64,000 nucleotides of DNA from assembly GCA_028534125.1 (NCBI GenBank), contig CM052817.1, positions 101,496,001 to 101,560,000 of the forward strand, in the 5' to 3' direction. Shown here in pieces: positions 49,835 to 63,010 of the stretch. The notes beneath the pieces were generated by a model. That model did not search any database. It had not been told where the DNA came from and was given only the letters and a program-made list of their open reading frames with translations. Numbering within the stretch: the stretch's first letter is position 1; every line of letters begins with the position of its first letter. The stretch is from Lama glama. Its lineage: Eukaryota. The position numbers and the translations under genes are program-made.

Positions 49835-51110
49835 TTCTCCTATTCAGCAAATCGTATTGAGCCCCTGTTCTCTAAATGCTTGGGACACGTTGGCACACAA
49901 AATTGGCACATGAGACCAAAATCCCTGTCCCAGTGGGGCTTATAATCTAATAAAATATGAGAAAGAGACAGCAAACCTCAGTATAATAAACAACTACAGT
50001 TTTGGACCAAATATGCCACACTGATGAGGGATGTTGAGGGTCGGGGAGTATATATGGGTGGGTGGGGAGGGCTATGTGGGAACTCTGGGAACAGAGTTCA
50101 CAGAAAGGAATTTTCTGCTCAATTTTGTTGTGAACCTGAAACTGCTCTAAAAGAATAAACTCTATTTAAAAAAAGCGCAAAAAAAAAACCCCTACATTTT
50201 TGGATGTTTGAAGGTGTTATGTCGAATGGAGAAAGTTGAAAAATGGGGCAAGGAAAAAGAGGGTGAGGATTGTGGGCTGGGGGCTGTCATTCTAAGCAGA
50301 CGGGGTGTCTAGGCTCGTTCAAAGGGTGAGATTTTACAAAGATTTGGAGGAGGTGAGGGAGTTCACCGTGGAAGAAGAATGTTCCAGACTAAACAGTAAG
50401 TGCGGAAGCCTTTAAAGAGGGAATTAATGCCTGGAGTGTTTAGAGCAGCGGGAGCTGACCAACTGTGTCCCAGGGAGGGGAGGGGACTGAAGGTGGTGGA
50501 GTCACTGGGGAGAGCGTGCTGTGGGGTTCACGTGAGACCTGTGAAATGGGGAGTCATAGCGGAGTTCTGAGCACAGCAGTGATGTGGTCTGAGTTAGGTT
50601 CAGGCAGGCCATCCTGGCTGCTGTTGACCTAAACTGTGAGGAAACCACGGGAGGCCACTGCAGTCAGTAGTCAAGAGATGGAGAGATGCTGGTACTACCC
50701 GGGCCAGGGCGGAGGTGGGGAAGGTGGTGAGGGCCTGGGTGTGTTTTGAACGCAGAGCTCCCAAGCTCCCCAGTAGACTGATGTGGAATGCAAGGCAGAG
50801 AGCAGTCAAGGATGATTCCAAGGGTATTGGCTTCAGCAGCTGAAGATGAAGAGTAAGGCGGGGTAAGGGGAAGAGTTTTGTTTTAAACTTTGTTTTTGAA
50901 TGTCTTCTAGACTTCCCAGTAGACCTGTAGGAGTGCTGGAATTGGAGAGAGGGCTGGGCTCAAGATGTGGGATTTGAAGACTGTATCAGATCAGTGAGTG
51001 AACAGTTGTAGATGGGAAAGGAGGAAGCCGGGGGCTGGATGGAGCCCAGGGGTCTCTGTGGAGAGAGGTGGGGGAGGAGGAGCCCAGAGAGTCAGGGAAG
51101 TGGAGCAAAG
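49835..51110 (-). mobile_element. L2 fragments with an L1MC/D 3' end (+, 50010-50175) inserted
   Basis: L2 3' end 'attcagcaaatcgtattgagcccc..aatccctgtcccagtggggcttataatcta'; L2 body 'gatgtggaatgcaaggcagagagcagtcaaggatgattccaaggg'; L1 'ctgctcaattttgttgtgaacctgaaactgctctaaaag'. Confidence 0.75.
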
Positions 51111-51139
51111 TAACAAGACGTGTTTGGGAATTGAAAATT

Positions 51140-51750
51140 TTTTAAAAAATTGAAGTATAGTTATTTATAATGTTGTGTTAGTTTCTGGTGTACAGCGATT
51201 CAGGTATACATATATATAGTCTTAAATTTTTTTCCTTTTTTTGGCGGAGGGGAGAGAGAATTACGTTTTTATTTATTTTATTTTATTTATTTATCTAAAA
51301 AAATTTTTAAAGGAGGTACAGGGGATTGAACCCAGGACCCTATGCATACAAAGCACACACTTTACCACTGAGCTATAACCTCCCCCATATATGTATTATT
51401 TTTCATATTCTTTTTCATTATAGGTTATATAAAATATTGACTACAGTTTCTTGTGCTATACAGTAGAAAATTATTGTTTATTTATTTTATGTATAATAGT
51501 TTGTATCTGCTAATCCCAAACTCCTAAGTTATCCCTTCCCCTCTTCCCCTTTGGTAACCAGAAGTTTGTTTTCTATGTTTGTGAGTCTGTTTCTGTTTTA
51601 TAAATAGGTTCATTTGTGTCATTTTTTTTAGGTTCCACATATAAGGGATATTATATGATATTTGTTTTTCTCTGTCTGGTTTACTTCACTTAGTATGATC
51701 ATCTCCATGTGCATCCACGTTGCTGCAAATGGCATGATTCCATTCTTTTA
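51140..51750 (-). mobile_element. L1 3' end with nested SINE
   Basis: 'ttgaagtatagttatttataatgttgtgttagtttctggtgtacagc..ttacttcacttagtatgatcatctcc..gttgctgcaaatggcatgatt'. Confidence 0.9.
51225..51387 (-). mobile_element. Camelid tRNA-SINE nested in the L1 3' UTR
   Basis: 'ggaggtacaggggattgaacccaggacc..taccactgagctataacctcccc' interrupts contiguous L1 sequence. Confidence 0.9.
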
Positions 51751-53920
51751 CCTTGAGGAGTAGTAGGAAATTGGAACTTTTGTTACCTTTTAAACAACTT
51801 ATAAATGTGGAAATGTGTTACTTGAATCAATCAAAAGAAATAATTACAAGTTGTATGTAAGACGCATGTACCTTCCTCTTACTCTTGAGTTTTCTGAAGG
51901 CATATACCTCTGAAAAGTGTTAATATTTTCAAAGATATTGAACCACTTGATAGTTTCAGAAAATCGGCGGCGGGGTGGAGGGAAGCGCTACCGGGTCCCC
52001 CCCTCCCCCACTCCTAACATTGCCGGTCGGTGTTTTGGTAATTGCCTCCTCGCTTTCCTCTGTGTGTTTTTAGTTGTCCTCGCGCTGCACATGCCCGTCT
52101 TGCTTCCCTGTATTTACTTGTTGGCAGCTTTCCCCCCACGTTGCTATTATTATCTTCACAACTAGGTCTTTACTGGAGAGCTCTACTTGTTTTGCAATCG
52201 CTGTTCACTGATAAAGCCTGACCCTTGCCTTGCCCTCCCTGCTCTGCTGGGCCCTGGAGCCGGGGCTGGCTTCACACTTGGTCTGAGAATGCGGGAAGGA
52301 GAGAGCGAAGTGCTGGACAAGCAAGACCCGAGCTGGCCTGGCCGGTGGGAGGGGAACCAGCCCGCAGGGCCGCACAAAGGGAGGGCGGGCCTGTGCCCAG
52401 GGGCCTCTTTCCTGGGCCCTAGTGACCTCGAGGCCATTCTTTCTTCCGTGACATCTTCAGTGATTACATTTCAGTGCCTCAAGGCTTTGAAAGAAAAATT
52501 ACAATTTAAAAGGAAGACTCTTCATGCACTATTTGCATATGAGTGGCGTCTGTATAATTAAGAACAATTAAATTCTCTGGGCTGGATTGAAAGGGAGGCG
52601 CCTGCTACTCTTTCAAGTGGGGTGCACCTGGAGCCGGCGCTCTCTTGAAGTAGATTGGAGCCATTCTGCCCACCTCCCCAGCTCTACCCCCCTCCCCAAT
52701 AAATGAAATTCTGAAAGATTCTTCAGCCTTATCCTGATTTGCTTCTGTAGTCTTTCCTATTGAATGTGAATCTTTACTATTTTGCTTTGATGCTGGCCTA
52801 GAACTGACACGTTCCCTGCCCCCACCTCCCCCTGCCCTTTGCAAAGCTCTTTACATCCAAATTTCATTTAATCTCCTCACAGTGGACCCAGGGGGTGTTA
52901 CCTTAATTTTACAGTAAACAGAAATTCTGGTTACATGGACATTAGATGATCTCAAGCATTCATCTGGCTCGTTGAGACTACCTTTGTGTATTGTTCTCTG
53001 ATGGGGACTCAGTGACTCTAGGCCCTGGGACTCCAGCAGATTTCTTTCTTTCACTGCTATAACCCTCTTACCATCCTTGGACTCCTTTCTCCCGAGACTG
53101 ACTAGGAAACTGGACCCAGTCTGGCCCCCTTTTTCCCCTTCTGATTTTGCAGAAACTCTGCACTTCATCACGGTGTGGAAGAACTTCGGATAGAGCAGGG
53201 AGACGGGCGTTTTCTATTGCAGGGTTCCCGCCCGCCACCCCCGGGGTGGGAGCTAGTGTGTGTCAATGACTGAGGAAGCTGCAGCAGTCTTCAAAGAGTA
53301 GAAGAACTTTTACTCCCCGCGCCCTCTCTGCAGTGGGGATGGTGTTAGGCTCTGACTGGCAAGGCCCCTTCTGGGACTTTATTCCTAGAAGTGGGGACAG
53401 TCACCTTTGTGTTCCTTCCAGCATCTTTTGTAGTTCTGCTGTGGTCACGTGGTCTGGGTTCCCCAAAGTGTGTGACAGAGGTCCTTGGGGTCCCTGGGTG
53501 GGACAGGTCCCTGCCTGTGAGGTTATGAGGCAGGACAGGATGCTAGGTTCTGAACAAGAAGGTAGTTTTTGTGTGCCCAGCTCTGAGGACATTTCTCACT
53601 TGGTACCAGCCTGTGACCAAAGCCACCACAGGCCACCAGCACAGTCGGTGGCTTTCCCCAGTGTCAGGCAGCGGAACCAGCCTTTCTTTACTCAACAGTT
53701 TTCTTTGTTTTACTGTCAGGTTTGGGTTCCTTTTATTGCTTTCACCACTTAGCCTTCTGGTTTATTGGGGAGCTCTGGTTCTGGACCACAGGAAAGGCTG
53801 GTGGTGCTGGAACTCACCTACCCGGAGCTGGCAGAGGCTGGGGGATGGTGCTGTTGTGTAGTGTGGGTTCTGCTGGGCAGTGGTCACTGGCAGTTTCTGG
53901 TGTTTGAAATGGGTGAGAGC

Positions 53921-54330
53921 TGTTTCAGTTAGTCTTAAGTTTTGAGGGAACGGAGTTACAAAATACCAGTGATTTAAAACATGATAGAGTTTTTTTTTCT
54001 TTCTCGCTCTCATATGACACCTCTGGCTCCAGAAAGTCTTCAGGGAACCCACTCCCTCCAGCTCCCTGTGTTCCGTTCCCTAGGGTACCAGGCCTGGCAC
54101 TCAGGGTGGATACATGGGATTAGCAGCAGCAGATGGGAGGAAGGCGTGCAGGAAAGGGCCAGAAGCTTCCTGGCAGCCTCCACTCAAACCTTCCACTTAC
54201 ACCTCGTTTGCTGGAACCTGGTTCCGGGACCATTCCCAGCTGCAGGGGCTTCTGGGAGATGTGCCCAGCTAAAAATTATACAGAAGATAGAGAGAAGGTT
54301 TATTAAGTGCCGAAGAACAGTCTTTGTCAC
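53921..54330 (-). mobile_element. MaLR LTR (MLT1J-like)
   Basis: tgt...aca termini; 'aaaataccagtgatttaaaacatgatagagtttttttt..agctgcaggggcttctgggagatgtg'. Confidence 0.6.
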
Positions 54331-54716
54331 AGAACCCTGGGAAAGAAAGCATGAAACTGTATTTCTCAAGGGAAAATTGCTTTTGACACAACACATCTCC
54401 TCCATCCCTGGGAGAAAACCCAGCCCTTCTGCCTTGTGTTAAGGAGTACTTGTTTTTCTGGGCACACTCGGGATGATTTCTCCAGTGTCAGTAAGCCTCG
54501 GGTTTCATATGAGAAGAATCAGCGTTTAAGGCATTCTGACAGTGGGATTATATCCCATAAGCCGTGAACTTGGCTCTTTGGGCAAGTACGGAGTATCTGC
54601 TCGTGTGTTAAGTGGCCAGCCTAATGGACCAACTAAAAAGAGCTGCTTCTACTTTTTTTTTTTTTTAGCTTACATCCAGAAGGTAAATTGTTTTTTTCTT
54701 TTAAAGGGAGAAGACT

Positions 54717-55704
54717 TATTTTTTTTTTTTATTTGGCATTTTTACTGCTGACAATCTATAGAAGTTTTAGTATTTAGTGTCAGGTCTGGCTTAAGGAGCA
54801 GTTTCTATTTCTTTCTTTTTTTTTTTTAACATTTTTTATTGATTTATAATCATTTTACAATGTATCAAATTCCAGTGTAGAGCACAATTTTTCAGTTATA
54901 CATGAACATATATATATTCATTGTCACATTTTTGAGACTTTTAAAAAAATGGTTTTATAAGATAATGTCTTTATTCTTAAAGTTTCTTTTTTTTAATTGA
55001 AGTGTAGTCAGTTTACAATGTTGTGTCAATTTCTGCTGTACAGCACAAAGTTTCAGTTATTCATATACATACATGTATTTGTCTTCATATTCTTTTTTCA
55101 TTATAGGTTAGGTGCAAGATATTGAATATACTTCCTTGTGCTCTACAGTAAAACCTTGTTGTTTATCTATTTTATATATCATAGTATCTGCAAATCTCGG
55201 TCTCCCAATTTATCCCTTCCCACCTCCCCCTACCCCTCCACCGCCCTGGTAATCACATATTTGTTTTCTATGTCTTTGAGTCTGTTTCTGTTTTGTAGAT
55301 AAGTTCATTTGTGTCCTTTCTAAAGATTCCACATATAAGTAATATCATAGGGTTATTTTTCTTTCTCTTTCTGGCTTACTTCACTTAGAATGACGATTTT
55401 CAGGTCCATCCATGTTGTCACAAATGGCATTATTTTATTCTTTTTTATGTCTGAGTAGTATTCCATTGTATAAATATACCACAGCTTCTTTATCCAGTCA
55501 TCTGTTGATGGACGTTTAGCTTGTTTCCATGTCTTGGCTATTGTATACAGTGCTGTTACAAACACTGGGGTGCATACATCTTTTCAAATTAGTTTCCTCT
55601 GGATATATGCCCAGGAGTGGGATTGCTGGATCATAGGGCAAGTCTATGCTTAGTTTTTTAAGGAATCTTCATACTGTTTTCCATAAAGACTGCACCAAAC
55701 TACA
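54717..55704 (-). mobile_element. 5'-truncated L1 (54985-55704) carrying a 3' transduction (54717-54984)
   Basis: 17-bp TSD tttaaagggagaagact at 54700-54716 and 55705-55721; ORF2 relic IAKTWKQAKRPSTDDWIKKLWYIYTMEYY. Confidence 0.88.
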
Positions 55705-56544
55705 TTTAAAGGGAGAAGACTAGAGCTTGTTGAATAGTGACATGCAGTCCAGGGAGTCCGAGGAGCAGGAGTGCCCTGGACACACAAGTCGCTGTCGTGC
55801 AAGGCTAGTAGCCACTGTGTTCTTCCCAGCCCGCCCAGGCTTCAGGCCCCACGGCCAGTGGGGCACGGGGCTGGCCTTCGAGGGACAGTTAAAAAGCTTA
55901 GGCGTTTTTCATTAGATTTTTTCCAACAGTATTGCTAATATTCTTTGTAATTGCCTAAAGAGTGTTTCGATATACTTGCTCACATTGGGATTAAAACATC
56001 AACCAGTTCATTGTGTTTGAATTAACATGTTCTGGGCCGGGAAGTTGTATAGGTTTATTCTTTCATCCTACCAAGAAACTCCAAGAAATTACCGTTTGTA
56101 CTTCCATTCTTATGTTACCAACCTTCCTGCAGCCCATATGCCTTTGTTTGTCTTTTCCCCTTGTCTGGAACTTCTTCCTCTGTTTTTACCTAAAGACAGC
56201 ATCTCCGGCCTGTTGACCCTACTCCAGCGCCACCTCTTTCAGAAAGCTTTTCTGAACCGGCTCCACACCATCTTTCCCTCTTCTGGACTTTGTTCCACTT
56301 TGTGTCCTGGTGGGACTGTCAGCCCGTGAAAGTTAGCTGGTCTCTCATTCTTCTTCGGACTCTTGGGTCAAACTGCCTTGGCTGCAGTAACGTCTAATGC
56401 AGGTAGAGAGAAGGAGTGAACGTCAGTGGGATTTGGCATTGTTGCTCTTACAGTACGAGTATATTTATCTGCAGAGTTGCTTGGAGGCTCAGAGATGATC
56501 GTTAGAAAACAGCTTGCTCTCTGTGTCTGTGAATTCTTTTCTGT

Positions 56545-56812
56545 TATGATTACAAAAGGGGAAAGGAGTGGGAGAGGGATAAATCAGGAGCATGGGATTA
56601 ACAGATACACACTACTATATGTAAAATAAACAACAAGGGTTTCCTGTAGACCACAGGGAGCTCTTCAAATCTTGTAATAATCTATAATGGAAAAGAATCT
56701 GAAGAAATACATATACACACACACACACGTGTATCTGTATAACTGAATCACTTTGCTGTACACCTGAAACTGATGCAATATTGTAAATGCTCTATAGTTC
56801 AGTTGAAAAAAA
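56545..56812 (+). mobile_element. L1 3' end
   Basis: 'gggattaacagatacacactactatatgtaaaataaacaacaagg..ataactgaatcactttgctgtacacctgaaactga'. Confidence 0.9.
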
Positions 56813-57744
56813 CCCAACTTGTTTATGTTCACAGAACTAATATCTAAATTTATATGGGCACTTTGGAAACTCAAAATTGCTTTTCTAAACATAGCTACAG
56901 TATTGCACAAACTTGTTTTGCCTGCCTATGACTGGGGAGGAAAGGCCTTTATACCCTGTCTCCCCATTCATTTATCGTCTGTGTGAGTTTCTGCTTTGGC
57001 TTCCTCTTTCCCATGGGCAGCATCTGGCCGAGATGAATATCGCTAGAGATGTCTAATACTGAATTACTGTTTCATGCTGACTTGCCCTAGAGCTGAATGG
57101 TGGTGCGGAATGCATTTTGTATTTTGCAGATTTCAAAATCATATTTAATTGTTTTAACATATAGCAGAGTCTAGGAAAAGATGTTACATCTTAAACCATA
57201 AGAAGCCATGCATTGCAGTAAAGAGAACGCTGGATGGGTGTTAGGAAACATTAGCATAATTACTGGCCTTTTCTTTTATAGGATTTTACAAGGTTATTTA
57301 ACCACTTAACTAAAGGAGGTCTTAATGGCATATGGACTGTGGTGTGATTAAATGTGTAAATGTAATAATATATTCTTTAAAGGGCAAATGTAATGCCTTT
57401 TGAATGTAAGGTCCTGCTAGTGAGACTAGAAGGTGGAAGCTGATTTGCGTGGTATCAGTGTGTCAGGTCCCAGGATAGCCCTCAGCATTGGCTGCACGTG
57501 GAGCTAAAAAAGGTAGAGTCAGGGTCTCAACAGGGCTCCCGGTGGACAGGGTGGCTGTCACTCACCAAGTTGGGGAGACAGTGCTGTGAGCTGATGGGGA
57601 GACTAAGTCCGATGCCCAGCTCCGTCTTGGGTTCCATCTGGAGGTGCCCGTGGACCGTCTGCCGGGTGGCGTCTGGTTCAGATGGAAACACAAGTCTGAA
57701 GCTCAGCAGAGGTGTCCAGGCCGCAGATGCACAGGCTTGGGGAA

Positions 57745-58110
57745 TGAATCAGTCAGACCACAGGAACCAACTCTGGCTGATTTAAGCAGAAAAGGAATTT
57801 ATTGAAAAGATGTTGGGCAGCGCACAGAATCTCGAGGAAGACTTAAGAACCAGGCTCAGAAAACAAACAAGCCAAAAGGGGACTTAGCAGCTAGAACCAC
57901 AGCCAAACCGTGCCGTGGAAGGAGGCTGCCAAGGAGACTCCCGCCCCTGCCGCTCTCACCCTGCTTCTGGTGGCTGTGGTTATCACCCCCAGAGCCAGTC
58001 TCCACCTCCGGCCCTCCTTGTGGCATCACCTCCTGGTGCCCTGCCTCAGGCAAGTGACTCAGGCTAAGTCTGGGTCATACGCCTGCAGCTAGGGTGCTGG
58101 CCAGGCTGCT
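57745..58110 (-). mobile_element. MaLR LTR (MLT1K/L-like)
   Basis: 'caggaaccaactctggctgatttaagcagaaaaggaatttattgaaaagatgttgggcagcgcacagaatc'. Confidence 0.65.
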
Positions 58111-58120
58111 AAAATTGGTA

Positions 58121-58341
58121 CAGTGGACCCTTCAACAACACGGGTTGGAGCTGCATGGGTCCACATAAATGCGATTTTTTTCCTGTAAATACGGATGACA
58201 AGACCTGCAGTTGGTTGAATCTGTGGGTAGGGAACCGCGGATGCGGCGGGCATCCCGAGGGCTGGACTGTAGTTATGTACAGACTTTACACCGTGTAGGG
58301 GCGGAGCTGCAAAATCCTAGCCGGTGTTCAGGGGTCACTTG
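58121..58341. mobile_element. Tigger MITE (MER8-like)
   Basis: TA target duplication; TIRs 'cagtggacccttcaacaac' and 'gtgttcaggggtcacttg'. Confidence 0.85.
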
Positions 58342-58779
58342 TAAATGATCTTTTCACAACCCAGACGGGGTAACTGTGGGCAATCTGTGAATGTGGTAAG
58401 GAAGCTTACGTGCTAGACAGCCAAAAAAAATCCAGATGTTTGTATAGGAAAGCACCACTCTCTTGGTGATGGGTGCCCCTTGAGCCTAGGGGGTGAGTGC
58501 AATTGGCTGGAAAGAGAGGGTGACCTGGTACAGGTGAGCAGAGGGGAGGACCTTCACGGAGGGCAGGAGCGGCCGCAGAACAGGGAGGAAGACTGGACTA
58601 TATTTCCTAGAAACCAAGGGAGGGCACTTCAGGAGAGGGTAGCTGGTGGAGAGATTAACTGAGCTCAGCCCTCGACATCACAGCTTGTTATCATCGGTGA
58701 CCTCAGCAAGAGCAGTCCTGGTTGTGGGAGGGGCAGGATGCCAGAGGGAAGCGGGGTGGGAGGCAGCGCAGGGGAGGGG

Positions 58780-58985
58780 CTCTGAACACACATCGTGGTC
58801 CTGTTCAGCTACCTGGCCGCTGAGTGGGCTTTGGCAAGTTGTTCAAGCTCTCAACGCGTCTGTGTCCTTGTGTGTGGAAGTGGGATAGTAATAGCATTCA
58901 CAGGGTGTGTGGGATTATGTGGGATGGTCAAGGGCTTGGCGCAGCATCCAGTACACTGTAAGTGCTCAATAAATGTGCTTGCTGT
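58780..58985 (+). mobile_element. MIR
   Basis: 'ctttggcaagttgttcaagctctc..gggatagtaatag..gtaagtgctcaataaatg'. Confidence 0.7.
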
Positions 58986-61900
58986 CATTGGTACTTTCAT
59001 GGGCAGTTGGGCTGCAAAGGGAAGAAGAGGGCTTGAAGCAGGTAGGGACCATCAGGGGGTCTTCTCAAGTAAGGGGCCGTGAGTTTCAGGTGTGTAAGTG
59101 GAGGAGAAAGACAGTGCTGGTAAGGAGATGGTGGAAATCCTGGGGAGGGCAGGAAGCGGCTCTGAGGCCCTGGAATCAGCCCAGGACCCATGCATTAAGG
59201 GGCGGTCGGGGTCACCTTGAAGGGAAAAGAACACCTCCTCTGTGGGTGAAGAAGGTCATCAGCAACTCAGGGGACAGACTGGTGTGGAGGACGTTTGTCT
59301 TGGCCTGGGAGGGCTTGGCCATCCGCTTGCTAAGTGGCTGAAACCCCAAATGTCTTGTTGGCGAGAGAGCCTCCAACAGTCCGTTGTTGGTATTGCTCCA
59401 AGTACTTGGCTTGGCTTTGACTTTGAAGCCAGACGCTTTCTGTGAGTAGAAGAAAGTGGGAAAATCCTATTGTACTAAATGACGTTTTGCCCCTCTGTAG
59501 GAATTTAGTGGGGGAAAAAGACTGGTTTCTGCATCCATTTTTAAGTGGTTCTTTGCAAGTGGTTGATTTACTGGGAAGAATGACATTTCTAACTTAAGTA
59601 GATTGTGTGTTTCACATTTTTTTCCTCTCAATAAACTTTTGGGGAGAAGCATTTTTTAAAATTAAAAGTCAAAAAGCCCAAATTCCCTGGGAATAGCAAC
59701 TGAGTCCTAGAAACACCTGTTTCCTGCTCAAGGTCCAAGGAGGTTAACAGTCCCTACCTTTGGGAGTCTCCAGGTCTCTTCAAGGTGCCTCACCTTCTCT
59801 GACTCTAAGGAGAACAGCCCAGTAAGTAGCTCATTAGCATAACATATCTTTCCTTGAATAGTCTAGACAGGAGCATCATTTTGGTGTGGTCTACTTTGTT
59901 ACCTTCCTGAGGCAGAGAGGGTTTGTGAAATGGGTGGGAAATCTTTCCTCTTGTTCCTGCAACCTTTTTGCCCTCATCCAGTGGCTGAAACCATTGTCTT
60001 AACCTTAAAAATTAAAAACAAACAAACAAACAAACAAAAAAGCCAAAACGTGCTGCTTCCCCGGGGTGCTGAAAGAGTTTAGATATAAAAGGCAGCTAGC
60101 TGTGGATGTTGGGGCTTTGAGAAACAGATGAAAACCAGTCCATTTAGGAATATGGAAAATCAGGCAGTCCCACCCTTCCTGTCGGTGGTCACCGTGAAGT
60201 TGTCTCCCACCTGTTTGGCAAGGATGGCAGCCTCTGCAGTCCTGTCCTGAAACAGCAGTGTTTTCCAGAAGCTAGGTAGACCTGTAGGTTTACCGTGAAA
60301 AGGTCCAGCACAGACCCACGGCACAGGAGACTTGCTTCACGGAGTGATAGGGCGCACATCTAGCTTTGCCACTGTTCCCGGTCCCCGTGGTCCAGGAGTG
60401 CCTCCCGGGTAGCGGCACTGCTGTCTGGGGCTGCCCTCCTTTCTGCACCGCTCACACCGCCTTCTTGGCTCTGTGCTCCACACTACCAGGTGCTCAGAAG
60501 GTGTTCTCCCAGTGTGGCTCCTGCACCCTCAGCCGTTGCATCTTCCCTCACGCTGTTAGCTTTGCTGGAAGCACCTCCGTTCCATTTCCACTTGGGGAAG
60601 CTGTCTGTTGAGTCCCAGCCCTTGATGCCTTTCCTGATTCTTTTGGGTAGATTTCTTCTCTCCCCTCTTTGAACTCTCTTGATCTTTGAGTTTTGCGCAT
60701 TGGCACACGAGCCTTGTCTGGATGATCATCTTGAGGGGCAACTCTTCCTGAGCCGGCCGCTCCCCTGACCTCCCTTCCTGAGTGGCCCAGAGCTGCCGGG
60801 CTGGGTCCGGAGCCCCGGGCCCTGTTGCTCACTCCCAAGAGGTGGAGCACCGCGTTGAAAATGATGTGTTTTGGTCACATAACATTTGTGAATGGCCAGA
60901 ACGGTTGGTGATAGTTAATTCATTTTTATATCTACGTTACTGGACTGAAGTTTTTTAAAGGGTGTACCTGATATCGGCAGATGGATTTAATTTGCTTCGG
61001 AAGAAGGACCGGACTTCCTAGCACGTTTTTAAGGATCTCGGAGGCACCCAGTCCAACCCGTTCAGTTTGCCGAAGAGGGAGCCGAAGCCTTGTGTCCCAT
61101 GCCAGGGCTCATGGCTGGGACCTGAGCCGGGGTCTTTTGGTTTCTTTCCTCTTGTTTGTATTAGCTGCTTTTTCGAAGTGTGTTTCTTTGGTATATAGAG
61201 GAAAAAACGATGGCAAAAGTTAAAAATAAAATAAGTCAGGTAGCCTTAGGCAAAGATATTCTTTCACAAAAGTGTGTGTGGAGTTCCTTGTCCGTATGTC
61301 CTGCTGCCGAAGGAAGGTGCAGCTCTTGGCAGAAGGTGGGCGTCTTCAGAATAAGGGCTGAGTGGGTGTGGGATGGGGTCCATATGACTGAGATGCCTCA
61401 GCCCAGATCACTGGCACTTCCATGCCCTGTTCCTGTGCCTGCCTAGTCCTGTTACAAAAGCAAAATGGCCCCTCTTGCTTCTCTCTTTTACTAAAAGACT
61501 TTTCCTTATAATTATCTTGCAGATGGGGAAAGGGTGAAGATTAGAAATATGTGGTATGAATTTATGATTTATTTTTACAAGATGCACGTGTTCATTTTAT
61601 GGCAGTTGTGGGGACTCTGCGTGAAAGAGGCCAGCTGGACTTTGATGCAAAAGAATCATCCGTATTATTAAGGATGCACATGTGAAGAGGTTAATGCTGA
61701 CTCTGGAGGGAAAGGGGAAAGGGGGAGACATTTTATCTTTTTATTTCTGTAGCTCTTGAGGCTTAAGTTATTTTTTTTGACGTTGTGGGATTTAGGAATG
61801 AAAGCGTTGGCATCTTTTAAACACAGTGAAGTTTCCTCGCTAGACCTGATGTTTGAGGAGAATTGCTGATGTCTGTGCTTGACGAAATTTCGGCAGTTCG

Positions 61901-62240
61901 CTGCTTTTTCCCTCTTTGGTCTTTAACCAGTGCTTGAGGTCGTGTATGTGTGTGAGAACTCTCCATGTCTACACCTGTATCTAACATGGTTTTATCTATG
62001 AGAACTTACTTTTAAACTTAGAGAGTGGTGTTAAATCTCCTTGTGTAACTTGATCTAGTTTCCAAATTGTCAAGTGAATAGAAACTGACTAGTGAGAAAA
62101 GATGAATCTGTTTTATGGCTTTTAGGAAGAAATATTGACATGGTTTTATTTCTCCATTGTGAGGTCAAAATAGAGTCTCTCTCTTTGCAGTAAGAGAAAT
62201 TCCAGCTATTTCTACCTTATTGCTTTAGGTTGGACCTTAA

Positions 62241-62380
62241 TCTGATTTGTTTAATTTTTTTTTATTGTGGGGGAGGTAATTACATTTATTTATGTATTTA
62301 TTTAATGGCAGTACTGGGGATTGAACCCAGGACCTCATGCACGTAGCCATGAGCTCTACCACTGAGCTACACTTTCTCCC
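62241..62380 (-). mobile_element. Camelid tRNA-SINE
   Basis: 16-bp TSD ttaggttgg(a/g)ccttaa at 62225-62240 and 62381-62396. Confidence 0.93.
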
Positions 62381-62624
62381 TTAGGTTGGGCCTTAAATGC
62401 CCGATTTTCATTGGATGTGTGATACTTCCTGATTGTAGGACTTAGAAAAGTCTGTTATGGTATGAGCCAGGCCAGGTTTCATTTGTTCTATTCAGAGGTA
62501 ATTACTGCTACCCCACTTGGGAGCTTTAAATCCCGAGGTCAGCTCTGACTCCGGGCTCCGTTGGCTCCTGGATCTGTTCCCACTGCTTTTCCTGTTAGAT
62601 GAGCACCGTCCTCTTAGTAACATG

Positions 62625-63010
62625 ACCTAATATTTATTGCGCTTAACTATGTGCCAGGCATGAGGCAAAGGCCTTGTTATTTCGTTTTAACCTCATGGTG
62701 ACTTTAAAGAGGGTACTGTTGTCATCTTCATCTTACAGACAGTAAGGCTGAGACTTTTGAGAAGTTGAGTGACGGGCCCACGCAGGAGTAGAAAGTGGTG
62801 GCTTTGCACCTGATCTCTGAAGCTCTCTCCCTGCAGGCGAGACATCCTTGGTTCCTTGGGTAGGTCGTGTGAACTTGGATAGGCCTGAACACCCCGGGCT
62901 CAGGTTTCTGACCTGGACACGTCTGCGGTGGAATTTCGGCTCTGCCTCTGAGTAGCTATTACGTAATCTTGGGTGAATCACTTAAATCCTCCAAACCTCA
63001 TCTTCATTCA
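62625..63010. mobile_element. Two MIR fragments in opposite orientation
   Basis: 'tatttattgcgcttaactatgtgccaggca..catcttacagacagtaaggctgagac' (-) and 'cggctctgcctctgagtagct..cttgggtgaatcacttaa..cctca' (+). Confidence 0.65.
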
